From positions 34,110,304-34,174,303 of the forward strand of contig NC_092671.1 of NCBI RefSeq assembly GCF_964355755.1: a DNA stretch of 64,000 nt. The letters run 5' to 3'. The notes beneath the pieces are model-generated. The model was not told the origin of the DNA. It ran no database searches and was given only the letters and a program-made list of their open reading frames with translations. Source of the DNA: Antedon mediterranea. Its lineage: Eukaryota > Animalia > Echinodermata. The position numbers and the translations under genes were made by a program. Positions 11,981-24,900 of the stretch are shown in pieces. Positions within the stretch are counted from its first letter, which is position 1; each line of letters opens with the position of its first letter.

Positions 11981-13440
11981 ATAACATTTACCCTTCTCAA
12001 CATCTTTGAGCGTAGAGTCAATAAGACTAACAAGATAGTGAGTTGAGGAAGCCTTTTTCCTACTACCAAATTGACGAGAATCTAATTTACCCTTAATATC
12101 TTCAAGAATCCACTTAACAATAAAAGATTCAAATACCCTGGCAAGAATATAGGTAAGGGAAATAGGTCTAAGGTCAGAGACAGAACTAGCATTCGCAGTT
12201 TTAGGAATGGGAACTGCAGTAGCCCTTTTCCAAAGGTCGGGGAAAACACCATCCTTCAATGCATGATTGAAGATATCCGCAACAGGCTCAGCAAGTTCAG
12301 GAGCAAAATCTCTATATAATTTAATAGGGGGTTCATCTGGATGGCCAGCTTTGTTAGGCTTAATATTACAAAGGGCTTTTAGGACCTGACCAGCATGTAT
12401 TAAAGGTGGTGGCCCAGGGGCTGGGAGATAAGCAGGCAAACCGTTTAAATTAAGAGGAGGGATGGCATTACAAACACTAGAGAAATGGGCATTAATCTCA
12501 GAGGCAGTTTCAACTTTGGACACCCCAGGCAAGGTGAAATTAGTATTTTTAGTCTTAAGATTACATAGTTGTTTAATACCTTTATGCCACATGTCAGGGT
12601 TGTTACGTTTAAGACTTAATAAGGAATTACAATAATATTGGTTTTTTGCCTTTCTAATACAATCTTGGACTAAGTTGCGAATTGAACGCCACTCATCCGT
12701 TCTACCAAACCTACGAAACAAAGTTTGTCTAGAGTCAATTAATCTTCGAATCTTGTCGGACATCCAGGGCTTGTCAGCAGTGCGCTTGTTCCTAATCAGT
12801 ACAGGAAAGATCTTAAAAGCACCATTCAAAATTGAAGAGAACATTTTAGTTTTTCGATTGACGTCCTCAATATTCAGCACATCATTCCACTCATGGGTTG
12901 TAACCCATTGACCAAAGGACAAAACAGAGGAGTCACGATATGGCTGAGAACGCACTGATAGACGCTTGTGCTGAGGTAATTCAATCAGTGGTTGCAATAG
13001 AATGGCATTATGGTCACTCCGACCCAGTGGCGCCAAGCGTTCCGGAAGATGGTAAAGATCAGCACGACTAAAAAATATCTTGTCCAACAGGGCATCCTTT
13101 CGCGTAGCGAAGTTAACAAGTTGCGACAGTCCAACATTCACTTCCAGCTCAGCTAGATCTAGGTCATTAAAGTCACTCAAAATAGCAATAGGAGCAGCGA
13201 AATCCATAGAACGAATATTATCAATTGTATCAACAATGTGCTCAATCAACAAATCCGCATTAGCGGCAGACGGTGGATAATAAATAGCTCCAATATAAAA
13301 GTGACTACCTTGATTAGACTTGCCTGGAATAGTTGTCTTTATCCAAAAGCATTCGAAATTACAGCTACCATGTGCAATGCAAGATTCACAGGCAAAATCA
13401 TCACCAACAAAAATAGCAACACCAACGAGAGGCGAGCCAT
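11981..13440 (-). mobile_element. Daphne/Crack-type LINE A, 5' half (APE to RT start)
   Basis: ORF with IYYPP, SDFND, SDH, LRPISLT, QFG; joins the 7524-8567 ORF in frame as KGKC-YVNICATDF. Confidence 0.88.
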
Positions 13441-13521
13441 GATTCATCATTTCAATCTTTATTTGATCATCATCAGGTATCATCCTTATGATGATCAAAT
13501 AAATATTGAAACGTTGAATCA
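13439..13521. ncRNA. Inverted pair of degenerate minimal hammerhead ribozyme motifs (Penelope-type)
   Basis: About 39-bp inverted arms; inferred consensus CCTGATGA-TGATC-aaataaa-GAT(T/C)-GAAA-CGTT. Confidence 0.5.
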
Positions 13522-14275
13522 TGATAATGATTGTTTAAACTAAAATAATTAAAAAGAAATGATTTTACACAATTTTACTGTGTTACAATATTTTAAACAA
13601 TTTTCTAGATTACAAAAAAGTTAATATAGACCTACTATTTTCAAGAACAAACAAAATAGTTTATAGATTTATTACTAAAACTTTTTTTTAAATCGTAAGA
13701 GAATATCAAATGTTAAGCCTGACTCACGATTGAAAAAATAAGAAATCAAGATTAAACTTGCTAATACAAAAATGTTGTAAAATAAAACAAATGCAATACA
13801 TAGCAGTCTGATTGTCAATAGATAATAGAGCAGGTAATGAAAACAATGCAAAACTATTCATACATTATTTATGTAAACACACTAATGAATATAAATACTT
13901 CTTTACAGACAGCGAGAGTAGATCACCTTAATATAATTATGATTAGATAAAGTGTGAAATTTATTATGTAACACTTAAAATTGCAAGTAATAATTAAAGG
14001 CCTTTTATGGTTACCACAAAGCATAACAAAATCAAAATTGCATTTACACATACTTCATGCACCTCAGGAATTGTGGGTGAAATTTCATGTTCTGTATTAT
14101 TATTAAATCTTTCAAATAATTGTACTAATTGTAAAATAAGTTCATAGGTTAATAATTAAACAATAACACAATTATTTAAAATATTTATTTACAAAAAAAA
14201 TTTAATTTTACAACTTTTGACTGTATTTTTGGATCTTTTAGCTAATTGTCAAAATTGTAAAATAAGTTTACTATA

Positions 14276-16045
14276 TGTGACCTGCTCTGGCAAAGTGAAA
14301 CATAAGTCGAAAATTTAAATTTTTCAGATTTGTATTCTATCTGGTAGGAAATGTTATATCCTTTACAATGATACCAAACTTAATATTTAACATGAAGGGG
14401 ATCCCGAGATATTGTACGTTAAGTCGAAGCATGTATAAAGAAATATACAAATAACAGTTTTGAGAAAATCATGATTGAATGTCAATGTTATTTTATAAAA
14501 CAACAACACAAATTAATATTTGTTAATCTAATAGTGTATACTTTCTAAGTATCACACATTCACAAAATATGATACAATGAAATGTTTTTTGGTAGGATAT
14601 TGATTACTGTGACAATGCATACAAAAAAATATTTCCACATTCTATGTTAAGTACATACTTGTGTTTCTTTTAAGCACTTGCTTAAAATGGTAAAAAAGGG
14701 GGTAAATTAATGTTTTTACACTAAAAAAACTGTATTATTCTTTAAGAATTAATTAAATGTATACAATAAATTAAGTTATATAACATTAAATACCATTTCT
14801 TGAACTACTGGATTTAAGTACGTTCTTAAAAGTTACTTAAATAATTTAAATTTTAGTTGTGTAGTGCCTGCTGATTAGATAACAAATACAACTTAAATAA
14901 CATTATGCGATTGCTTTAATCAATTAAATAATGGATATGTTTTAAGCACATACTAATGTATTAAGTTTGTTTTAAGCATTTACTTAAAATTGTGTAATGT
15001 TCATGAAATTATGTTGGTGTAAGTGCATAATAATAGCCTACAATAACATGAATTAATACAATACTTATTATGTAAAAACAATAAATATGGTAGGCCTATG
15101 TGATATGTAGGCAAATAAAAGTGCCACTTAGGCCTAGCCTACCTATCCTAGCTAGGCCTATTTGCCCTGCAACCTACCTAGCTAGCCTACCTAGGCCTAG
15201 CTAGTCTAGTCTAGACCTGCTAGGCCTACCCTACTAGGGCCTAGCTAGGCTAGGACAAGTAGGCCTAGGCCTAGAAGGACCCAGCCTGGAGTCCAAAAGG
15301 CTACTTAGTAGGCCTAGGCTATAGTCACTACACTGGCTGTAATAATTTAATATCATAGGTCCTTTGCTACTCTCATTATGTTTTAATTTTTTAGTCATTG
15401 TATTTGGCCTAGGCCTAGGGCCTGGCCCTAGACTAGATCCATCGATTATCTTAAATCTGAATTGTTTACACTCTCTTCTCCGCGTAAAAAGTAAACAGGT
15501 CAAAGGTCATTATAAGGATAAGCCAATTACAGTACTGTATTTCTACTACGCGCTAGCCATTACGTGGCGTATCCTTGACAACGGATTTCTGTTGTGTAAA
15601 AATCACGTCAGAGAAGCTTTTTACCTCCTCTAATTCCCGCTGAAGAAGCCAAAAATATTGAAAACCACTTGAAATACCCACTGAATATGGCTTATGAATA
15701 TTTAAATTTTCAGACTCTACCATGTTTCTAAAGGTAGCTATACAAAATTTTTTATAAACTGCACAGTTTTCTAACAGTGTTTCATGCACTTTATTTCATT
15801 TCTTTGCAACAAAATGAAATCAAGACAAAAAAGGTACTCATTAAAATCACCTATTTAGCCCTTTTATAAACTTAATTCACACAAAATGAAACTTGATCTT
15901 GATTCTTAAATAGTTGTAGATTCCAAAAAGGGGAAAACCCTATTTTCACCAAGATAGTGATTTTTAACGTACATAGTACCTCTATAGGTCAATACACTGA
16001 ATAAAGATCAGCGAGTTATGTTTCACTATGCCAGAGCAGGTCACA
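14276..16045. mobile_element. Non-autonomous DNA transposon (about 1.77 kb) with about 35-bp TIRs and TA flanks
   Basis: tgtgacctgctctggcaaagtgaaacataagtcg / cgagttatgtttcactatgccagagcaggtcaca; TA on both sides. Confidence 0.8.
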
Positions 16046-16179
16046 TATTTTATGTATTATTTAAAAGTTCAACGTAAAGCAGTATGATGAAATATAAATT
16101 GAATGATGAATAAAATTAAATGTAAATTGAATGGACTTTATCCACTTAAAGCAAAACAGAATCAAAATTGCATTTAGAC

Positions 16180-16650
16180 ACAGAGATTGGAATGTTCCAT
16201 TCATCGCAAATCAATACATTTGTATAAACGTATATTAAATCTATCAAAATAGTGTTTTTTTAAGAAAATCGGCCTGTCTTCAACATCATGATATTGTACT
16301 CGAGCTGTTCAACCGGTTTTCAGCTATTAAAAACAATTATCGTAGGAAGAGATAGGAAAATGCGAAGCCTCCTCGAATTTTTTTGGCGGGTATTTTTCAA
16401 GATTGACATCCATTAGACAGTGTATACCATGATCGGAAAACACCCCTATTTGGGGCAAATCGTTGAACCTAAATTCGTTTTAATCGTCAATAACTAATTA
16501 TCTAACTTAATTTAATTAGTAAACAGGGTTACATCAGGTGGTTAAAATCAGTACCGAAAGTACGAACCAACTTTATATACCATCGAGTAAAAATTCTAAA
16601 AGTAAGGCGCGATTTACCGAATTTTGCCCTTACGTAAATTTATATATAGA
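16180..16650 (-). mobile_element. Helitron-like element copy 2 (3'-truncated)
   Basis: Reverse complement of 2507-2970 with the A|TC 5' end. Confidence 0.65.
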
Positions 16651-18205
16651 TAAATTCATGAATGTACTAGCATATCACTGTATGGTAAGAATGGCAATAT
16701 ACTTCCTACACCTCAGTGTAGGCCTATTTAATTTCATATGCAATTTTTTACTGTATTAATTTGGATATTTTATTTAGATATTTCTTCAAAATATAAAATA
16801 ATTTTTATTGTATATTTTGAATTTTTTTAAATTTAAATAAGTTTATACATTATCATTTAAGCCACAAATAATATGTATACTACAAAAATGGTAGTCTTAT
16901 TCTACTACAACTTTTCTAATATTTCTAATACAGTAATTGTCCAAATTGTAAAATCAATTAATATTATAGATTTCTCTTTAAACACATTTTCCTAAAACTT
17001 GTTTTAAATACAATGTTCAGCCTTAATATCTTAGTTTTTGGAAATAATTACAAAATGTATATTGTATGCAGTGTCAGAAAAGATGTTATTACATATCACT
17101 TCAAAGTACAGTAGTATAATGTAATGTGCATTATAATGAATGAACTACAGTAATACAAATCAAAGCATAACATAAAGTAAACAATTGTTAAATATATTAA
17201 GCAAGAACAATATTTATATTTTAAATATAATATAAAATAATTAACTGACGGTGGCCATCATAGATTTGTTTGAAATCAGGTGAACACCGACAGCCGAATG
17301 GAGTTGTTGAGTTGCTGGCAGGTTTTAACAGGTTGCCCGGTATCCGCAGGTGTGCCGCCGGGACCCGTGATGCATTTATCACAAATAGCTTGATTTCGCG
17401 AGAAAAGTTGCTTCCAAATACTTCCCACGATGCTTCGCGCACATTAATTGAGATAAACCATATTGGCACATGTTGCAAGACGTTAAAATGTCTTGCTGAA
17501 TGTCATTGTGTGGGGTTTGCTGAATATTTACAAGATTTGAACTAAATACTGTATTTATTATACCAATTAAGCCTACCGCATTTATTTGAATAAACATTAT
17601 TTTAAATCTGCACCTTCTAATACACCCCACCACATATATTTATACACACAATATTGTATAATAACACAAACACAATTTCTATTTGTATTAGAATTCATTG
17701 ACTGCTATATCTACAATTTACCAAGCATTTTGATACAATTGTTTACAGTATTCATCACTTGATTATATTAATTACAGTGTTGTATTTGTTCATATCAAGA
17801 GGAATTTATTTTATTATGAAATCTTACCATTTACAAAACAAACGCCTCCCTCAAATTACTCCCCACCCTCTAACATCCCCCTGGTTTTTATCCTAGGTAC
17901 CAACATCTGACCATGAAGTCAATATAAGTGTGACATTTATTACAAAACAATTGAAAGTAAAAGTAGTAATAATGAAATAGAAATTCATGAAAATGAACAT
18001 ATTTTGGCCAAGTTGAAGCATATCAAAATCAAAATTTCATTGAATCTTTTAAATAATTGTAAAATAAATTCATATTATCTTTTTAAATCATAAAAAATCA
18101 AGGATTTTGACTAAAAGATTCACTACTGCAAAAATAATAAGAATCAATGCTAATTACAATGTTTCATACATTTTGTAAATAAACAGAACTTAAATTAATA
18201 AAGCA

Positions 18206-18990
18206 TCTATATATAAATGGTTAATTCTCACATAGGCGAGCACAATGTAAAAACTTTGGTACAAATCTCCGCCTTGGATACCTACCTTATCTATCTCAGA
18301 TGTACCGCGAAACGTAGATTTGATAACATTAATTTTCACATCGACGCTATTTTGCCATATTTCTATCTTATGAAGATATTATAATGAGTTTTTTAACACA
18401 ATTTATGATTTCAACAGTAGATTTTCAACTCAATTTCAATTCTTCCCGGGTCAAAGTAATTTCCGGGTTCATCTTGCAACAACCTGGTTTCAACTATTTT
18501 CTCTCTTTTAAACACAATGGAGCAGTTAAAATAATAGATTTGACTCTAAATGTAACTGGAAACAGGCACTTTCCATCAATCAATACAGTGTTCCTTTGGA
18601 AGAAGGAAGAAAAAAAACCGATAGTAGGACTGGAACATAACTTTCATAGCCATTTCAGTTTTTTGTTTATTTTAGCAACGGACAGCGCGTGTGTGAAGGT
18701 ACAGTAGTTAAAAAATAAAAATTATACTGCAAATTAATAAAGATCAAATTAAATATACGCCATACAGAATCGGAATATATTGTGGGAAATAGTATTATAA
18801 AATTACATAGGGAGATTTGATGATAAGACATTTTGTTTAAAATCGAGTGAAACCTCAATAGTTGATTGAGTATTAGCTGACAGGAATAACTGTAGGCTAT
18901 CTGTGTCCCATTATGACCGAGATGTCTGCCCATGTTGCAAGCCGTAATGTCTTCTTTCTTGGGCCCTCTCTGTCACGGCAGTTAGTTTCA
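18206..18990 (+). mobile_element. Second Helitron-like family member (tentative)
   Basis: A|TCTATATATAAATGG start interrupting the local repeat unit; possible degenerate hairpin and TAGT end near 18970-18986. Confidence 0.35.
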
Positions 18991-21460
18991 AAAGATGTTT
19001 AAATTAAATAATGTATTAATAATCATTAGGATAGTATTTATTTGAATAGACGCCTCTCCAATAAAACATCACTTTTGAATAATAATCATTATACTATTTG
19101 TAGTAGAATTCAACACACTGTTATCTACAATTTACCAAACATTGTTATTCTTTTTTACTACTTTTCATATCTATTAGAGGATTTCATTTGATTATAAATG
19201 TTACCATATTAATAAAACTAAAAAAAATAACATATATCCCTCGAATAAGCACCTCTCTCAAATGAATTCCGCCTCCCTAAATGGCCCTACAAAAAAATAA
19301 ACACTATACTTTAAAATGTTATTAATCATCTAAAACACTGTGAAACAGAGTAGTTTAGTTTTACGAATGTCAAGCATTTTCCATAATGGTAACCGACAGA
19401 AAACGTACAAGGAGAACATTTTTATCATTCCGAGAACCATCGTCTACACTTCCAAGAGTATAAGATGATGAATAAACTTGCATGTTATGACCAAGACAAA
19501 GCATTAACAAAATGCATTTAGACCTTAGTCCCTCACTATTATGTCTCTGTAACAGTTTGTCACCGTTTGTCACAACTCATCCATTGCATATGTAAACTTT
19601 TTGTAATACAAGTTTGCATGAATGAAAATGACTTAAAGATGCAACACATAACTTTTGTATACAGTAATAATAATTATATAATGAGTAAGAGAAGAACAAT
19701 ACAAACCATCTGGTTATCAATAAATAATAGAGCAGATATTTAAACAATGCAGAATTATATATTACATACTAATGAATCTATAATACTTTTTTTTACAGAA
19801 AACGGCTAAAAATTTAATATTTATTTCAAAGCAATTAAAAGTACAAGTACGGTAGTATAATGAATTATAAATTCATGAATAGACTTATATATTATTATTG
19901 TCAAGACAAAGCAAATACAAATAAAAATTGCATTTAGATACTGTCCTACACCTCAAGAATATTTGTATTGAAATTCATTAATAATTCAAATCTATCAAAT
20001 AATTATGATAATTTTTTACATTCATAGATCCTTATTATTTAAACAAAAAATATTTACAAAAGAAATTATTGTACAGCATTTTACTGTGTTACGATATTTT
20101 AAACAATGGTTTAAATTACAAAAAAAAGTTAATATATCATGTCCATAAGGGATTACGAATTTGTAAGTTACATCCTCCGAAAATTAAATATGCTCGCCCC
20201 GCCATGTTATGTCTTTTGGTTACACTTCAATGCACATCATTCTTTGTCATCGATCGATGAATGTATTCCCCGCCATATCGTTAAAAAGAACTAATAATTA
20301 AAACTAATGTATTAATTTAAATCATTGTATTAATATTAATAATAAATACATAAATTATCATTTATACAAAAAATATTTGCAAAAAAAATTATACTATAAC
20401 TGTGTTAATTTGGTTTTAATTGTAGGCCTATAAATTAAAACAATAAGTTAATATAATATTTTTTTCCAAACACATTTTTTTTAAAGATTGATACTATAAG
20501 TTTTTAAATCATAATAAAATCAAGAGCGTTCAGCATTAATAACTCACTATTGCCAACATAACAAGAAAAAAGATTAAACGTTAATAATATAATAATGTTT
20601 CCTTTACACACTTTCTACATCTGTGAATTTTATTACAACAAACTATTATAATGAAATATATATTGAATGGACTTGCATATTATAATCAACACAAAGCATA
20701 ACAGAATCAAAATTGCATTTCGTACTCCTCAGGAATTATGTACTGAATTTCATGGACTGTAATAGTTTGAATCTTTCAAATACTTATGAAATATATTATT
20801 TAAATTTAGTTATTATTTAAACAAAAATATTTATTTACCCCAAAAAATGATAACATTTTAAATTACAAAATAGAGTTAATATAATAGATCTTTTTTTATA
20901 TATTTTGTTATAGTTATTACTATAACTGTTTAAATCAAGAGATTTTAGCCTGAATGACTCACTATTACAAAAATATTAACAAAATAAAAACTTACTATAA
21001 TGCGAGTGAAAAAAGTAACAATAAATAACATTCTGGTCGTCAATAAATAGAGAAGATAAGTTTAACATTGGAGAACTATTCATACATCATTTATGTAAAT
21101 ATACTATTTTAACAAACAATATTTGAAAAATGAAACTATAAACTGTGTGCTGATTTGGTTATTTGAAATAATTGTATACATTTCTAAAAAATAATAGATT
21201 ATTGTCCAAACACATTTGTTTTAGATTGTTACTATAGTGTTTAAATCATATTGTATAATGTAATGTGCATAATGAAGAGACTTAATACATTTAAGACCAA
21301 ACCATAACATAAAGTAAATAATTTTGTTAAAAATACGCATTAAGAACAATATTTATATATTAAATATTTGAAATAATTTAAAACAGAAAGCAATAGTATT
21401 TTTAATATTGTTTTTAGTTGAAAATAAAATTGAATATTTACACATTACCTTATCTCTTTT

Positions 21461-21916
21461 ATGAGCAGGGCTGAGTTTTCCCAATTGATAGATGAACTTT
21501 CAAGTAGAATTGAAGTGAATGATGTACAGATGCTGAAGGTCACCCTCTATGACATAATCCACGATAAACAGGCATTAGAAGCAGCATCAGCTAATAGTTT
21601 GTTTAGACAATTATATTCAGAAGGTCACATTAAAATTGATTGGTTTTTTGTTGATTGTGATCTGTTATTTGAAGTATTTGAGTTAACAGGACTTCAAACA
21701 CTATCTCAAATATTATCCAAGAAATATCGTAGACCGAGGAATCAACGAAAAAGCTCTACAATATTGAAAAGAGTGATTCTGAAAATGTGTGGAATTTTAT
21801 TAGCAGATTGAATCAAGGCAAAATTGAAGACACTATAGAATCTTTGACGGAATTTGAAGCGCTTCTAAAGGACCAACAAGATTTGAATTATGTACTTACT
21901 ATTGTAAGATCTTTTG
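21461..21916 (+). CDS. ROCO exon: death effector domain 1 and a frameshifted, partly deleted DED2
   Basis: EFSQLIDELS..DVQMLKVTL..LFRQLYSEGHI..DLLFEVFELTG fits the DED helix pattern; after about 21750 a second frame reads KLYNIEKSDSENVWNFISRLNQGKIEDT.. to a GTAAGT donor. Confidence 0.7.
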
Positions 21917-24900
21917 GTAAGTACCGGTGTCATTTGTAGCATCATTATATTTTAGCCAAAAATAAGTCTTATTTTGTTACCGGTTTCAGTCACAATATTC
22001 TTTTTATTTTGTTTATCAAATATTTAAAAAATATAAAGTAATTACCATGAACCATGAGAGTATACAATGTACACAATTGCATGTAGCTCTACACTAAAAT
22101 TTCAATGGTGGTGATATTTAATTGTTACATACACCATCAAATATAATATTTATTTTTATTTTCCAGTGCAGCAGAAGAAACTGAATGATGGTGAGTGAAC
22201 AATTGGTTATGAAATAGTAGTAAATGTTTATATTGATAAAGAAATAGAAAGAAATAGGTCCTAATTGGGGTTTAATGTGTATAATTGTTTTAAAAATTAT
22301 ATGGTGATCGATTTTATTGCTATAATAGTTTTTTTGTTTGGGCCTTAATATTACAAAGCGAAACATGTTCTCTTTCTCTCAAAATCGCCAGGTAAGACAT
22401 CTAAGTAATTTATCATCACGGACAGATAATACAATTTAAATAAACTATATTTGTGTATTGGCTGACTGTATTTTATATTCTGCTTTACTAACAGTATCGC
22501 TTTACAGCAAACTCTCTGCCTTAGACTTTTATCTCTCAAAATTCAAAACCAAAAATATCATACCTATAATCCAGTACTAAATGTGTGTCATTATTTGTGT
22601 CTTTTAAAGTTCCTCTTGAGGTGTTGGCAAGAGGTCAGGAGGCTAATTATGCATTTCTTAATGCCATACAAGAAGGCAGCAAACCTATATACCAAACACG
22701 TCTAATGCTTGTAGGACAAGAGCGTGTAGAAACGAGTCTAACCAAAGCACTCACTGGTCAACCGTAATTAGGCTAATCATTCTGTGCTTTTATGAGTTCG
22801 ATGCAATCAAAACGTCAATTTTATTAAATCAAATACAAATACAGCTGGTACATTATTGCGCAGTACAATTTAAAATAACACTGTATACTTAATATTTGTG
22901 TACAGTCAGAATATTATAAATGTATGTAATCTATATATACATTTACGTAAGGGCAGAATTTGGTAAATCGTAAATAAATTTTGGTTACTTCTAGAATGTT
23001 TGCTCGATGGTACTGTAAAGTTGGTTCGTACTTTCGGTACTGATTTTAACCACCTGATGTAACCCTGTTTCCTAATTAAATTGAGTTAGATAATTAGTTA
23101 TTGACAATTAAAACGAGTTTAGGTTCAACGATTTGCCACAAATAGAAGTGTTTTCCGATCGTGGTATACACTGTCTAATGGATTTCCATCTTGAAAAATA
23201 CCTGCACACAATAATACTGTACGAGGATGCTTCGAATTTCCTCAATAATTGTTTTGAAAATCGGTTGAACAGCTCGAGTACAGCATCTTAATGTTGAAGA
23301 CGGGCCCATTTCCAGTTACTTAAACTTTAAAAGCAGTTTCCTCAAAACACTGATTGTAACAGCCAAAATTTTAGACTTAGATATATCTGGAATATAATTT
23401 TTTCAGCATTTTAAATCTTGGATTATGTAGTTGTAGTTTTTGTGAAAATCTCAATTTTAAAAATTCCGACTTATGTCCCTTGCATGTGCCACATTTACTA
23501 AAACCTATATACTATAAAATATTATTCTTTGAGTGATTTTACTAATCATTGTTACAGCTTGTTGTATTACATTTGTTTAAGGTGTGATAACATACAATAC
23601 TTCCAACATTTATTTAGATTCAATGTTACTGAGGAAGTGACTGATGGAATTGAAGCATCATTGTCATGTACAATTAGTGTTAAGCATACTACTAACTGGA
23701 AACCAAATCAAAATAAAGGTATATTATGCTGTACTTTTATATCTTTCATAAAAATTAAATTTCAAATACAATATGAAGATCCAGATAAGGCTTTAAAATG
23801 TACCAGTAATAATTAATAAGTAAAACAATTTTTTATTGTTTAATTGTTTATTTTTTAACATTATATCTACAAGATAATAATTAAGGTGCAATACTTGGCC
23901 TCTTGTTATAATATAAAATAATTAATCTTAAAGAAAAATCAAAGAGAGAGACTGAACTACAGAAAAATAAATTTAAATATGAAAATTGCAAGAAAAAAAA
24001 GAAAACGCTTCTTTTATAATAATATTATATAAAGTTGTTGTTAAATGTGTACAGCCATTGTATTTCTGAAGTCTATATAATGGAAGAACTAGAATAAATT
24101 CAAAATTGTTAATTAAGATTCTTAAAGCAAATATGGCCAAAGCTTTAACAAAAATTTTAACAAATCCAAAACGGATGCTTTGGATGTCAGATTGCCTGGT
24201 AGGTCTATATTTATTACGCAATTTTCCACTCAACAACCCAAAAATGAATTTTTTAAATACATGCCAGATATGAAAAAATATGCTGTTTTGAATCCCTACA
24301 TATGTCATAGCAGTTTTGGTAATTTGTTAATTTATCACATATGGATACCTTTTTATAGACTACATGACAAATCAGTGTTTTATGTCAATTTATGGGTGCC
24401 AGATTTAGGGTAAAAGAATGCCAGATATTAGTTAAATTATGCCATATTTGTTAGCATCAGATGACAGGTGCCAGAAGGGTCACAGTTATGCGAAAAAACA
24501 TAATTACGACAAATTTTGTCACATTGCTTGCTGCACGCTTTTGTAATCGACTTTATAGAACAAATGAACTTTCCATAGCTATGGTTATCATCACTTAGGT
24601 TACTGATGTTTATTATTTCTAAAGATTCATTTCCCACCTGAATATTAGAGATTGGAAAGGTGTATATACGTAAATAGCTAAATTCATGGTGACAAATGTA
24701 TGCAAAGATTAAACCTTGCATTACTTTGTACTATTTACAGAATTGAATAAAGCAAGACAAGAATATATAAGTGCTCTTGCAGAAAACATTGTAACAGATA
24801 TTTTGCAGGATAAAAAAGAGAAGCAAGATGAGGTTAGAACAATATGATTAAGATGATCACAACTATACATTTAAACAATACTTTTGAATCAATATGTCAT

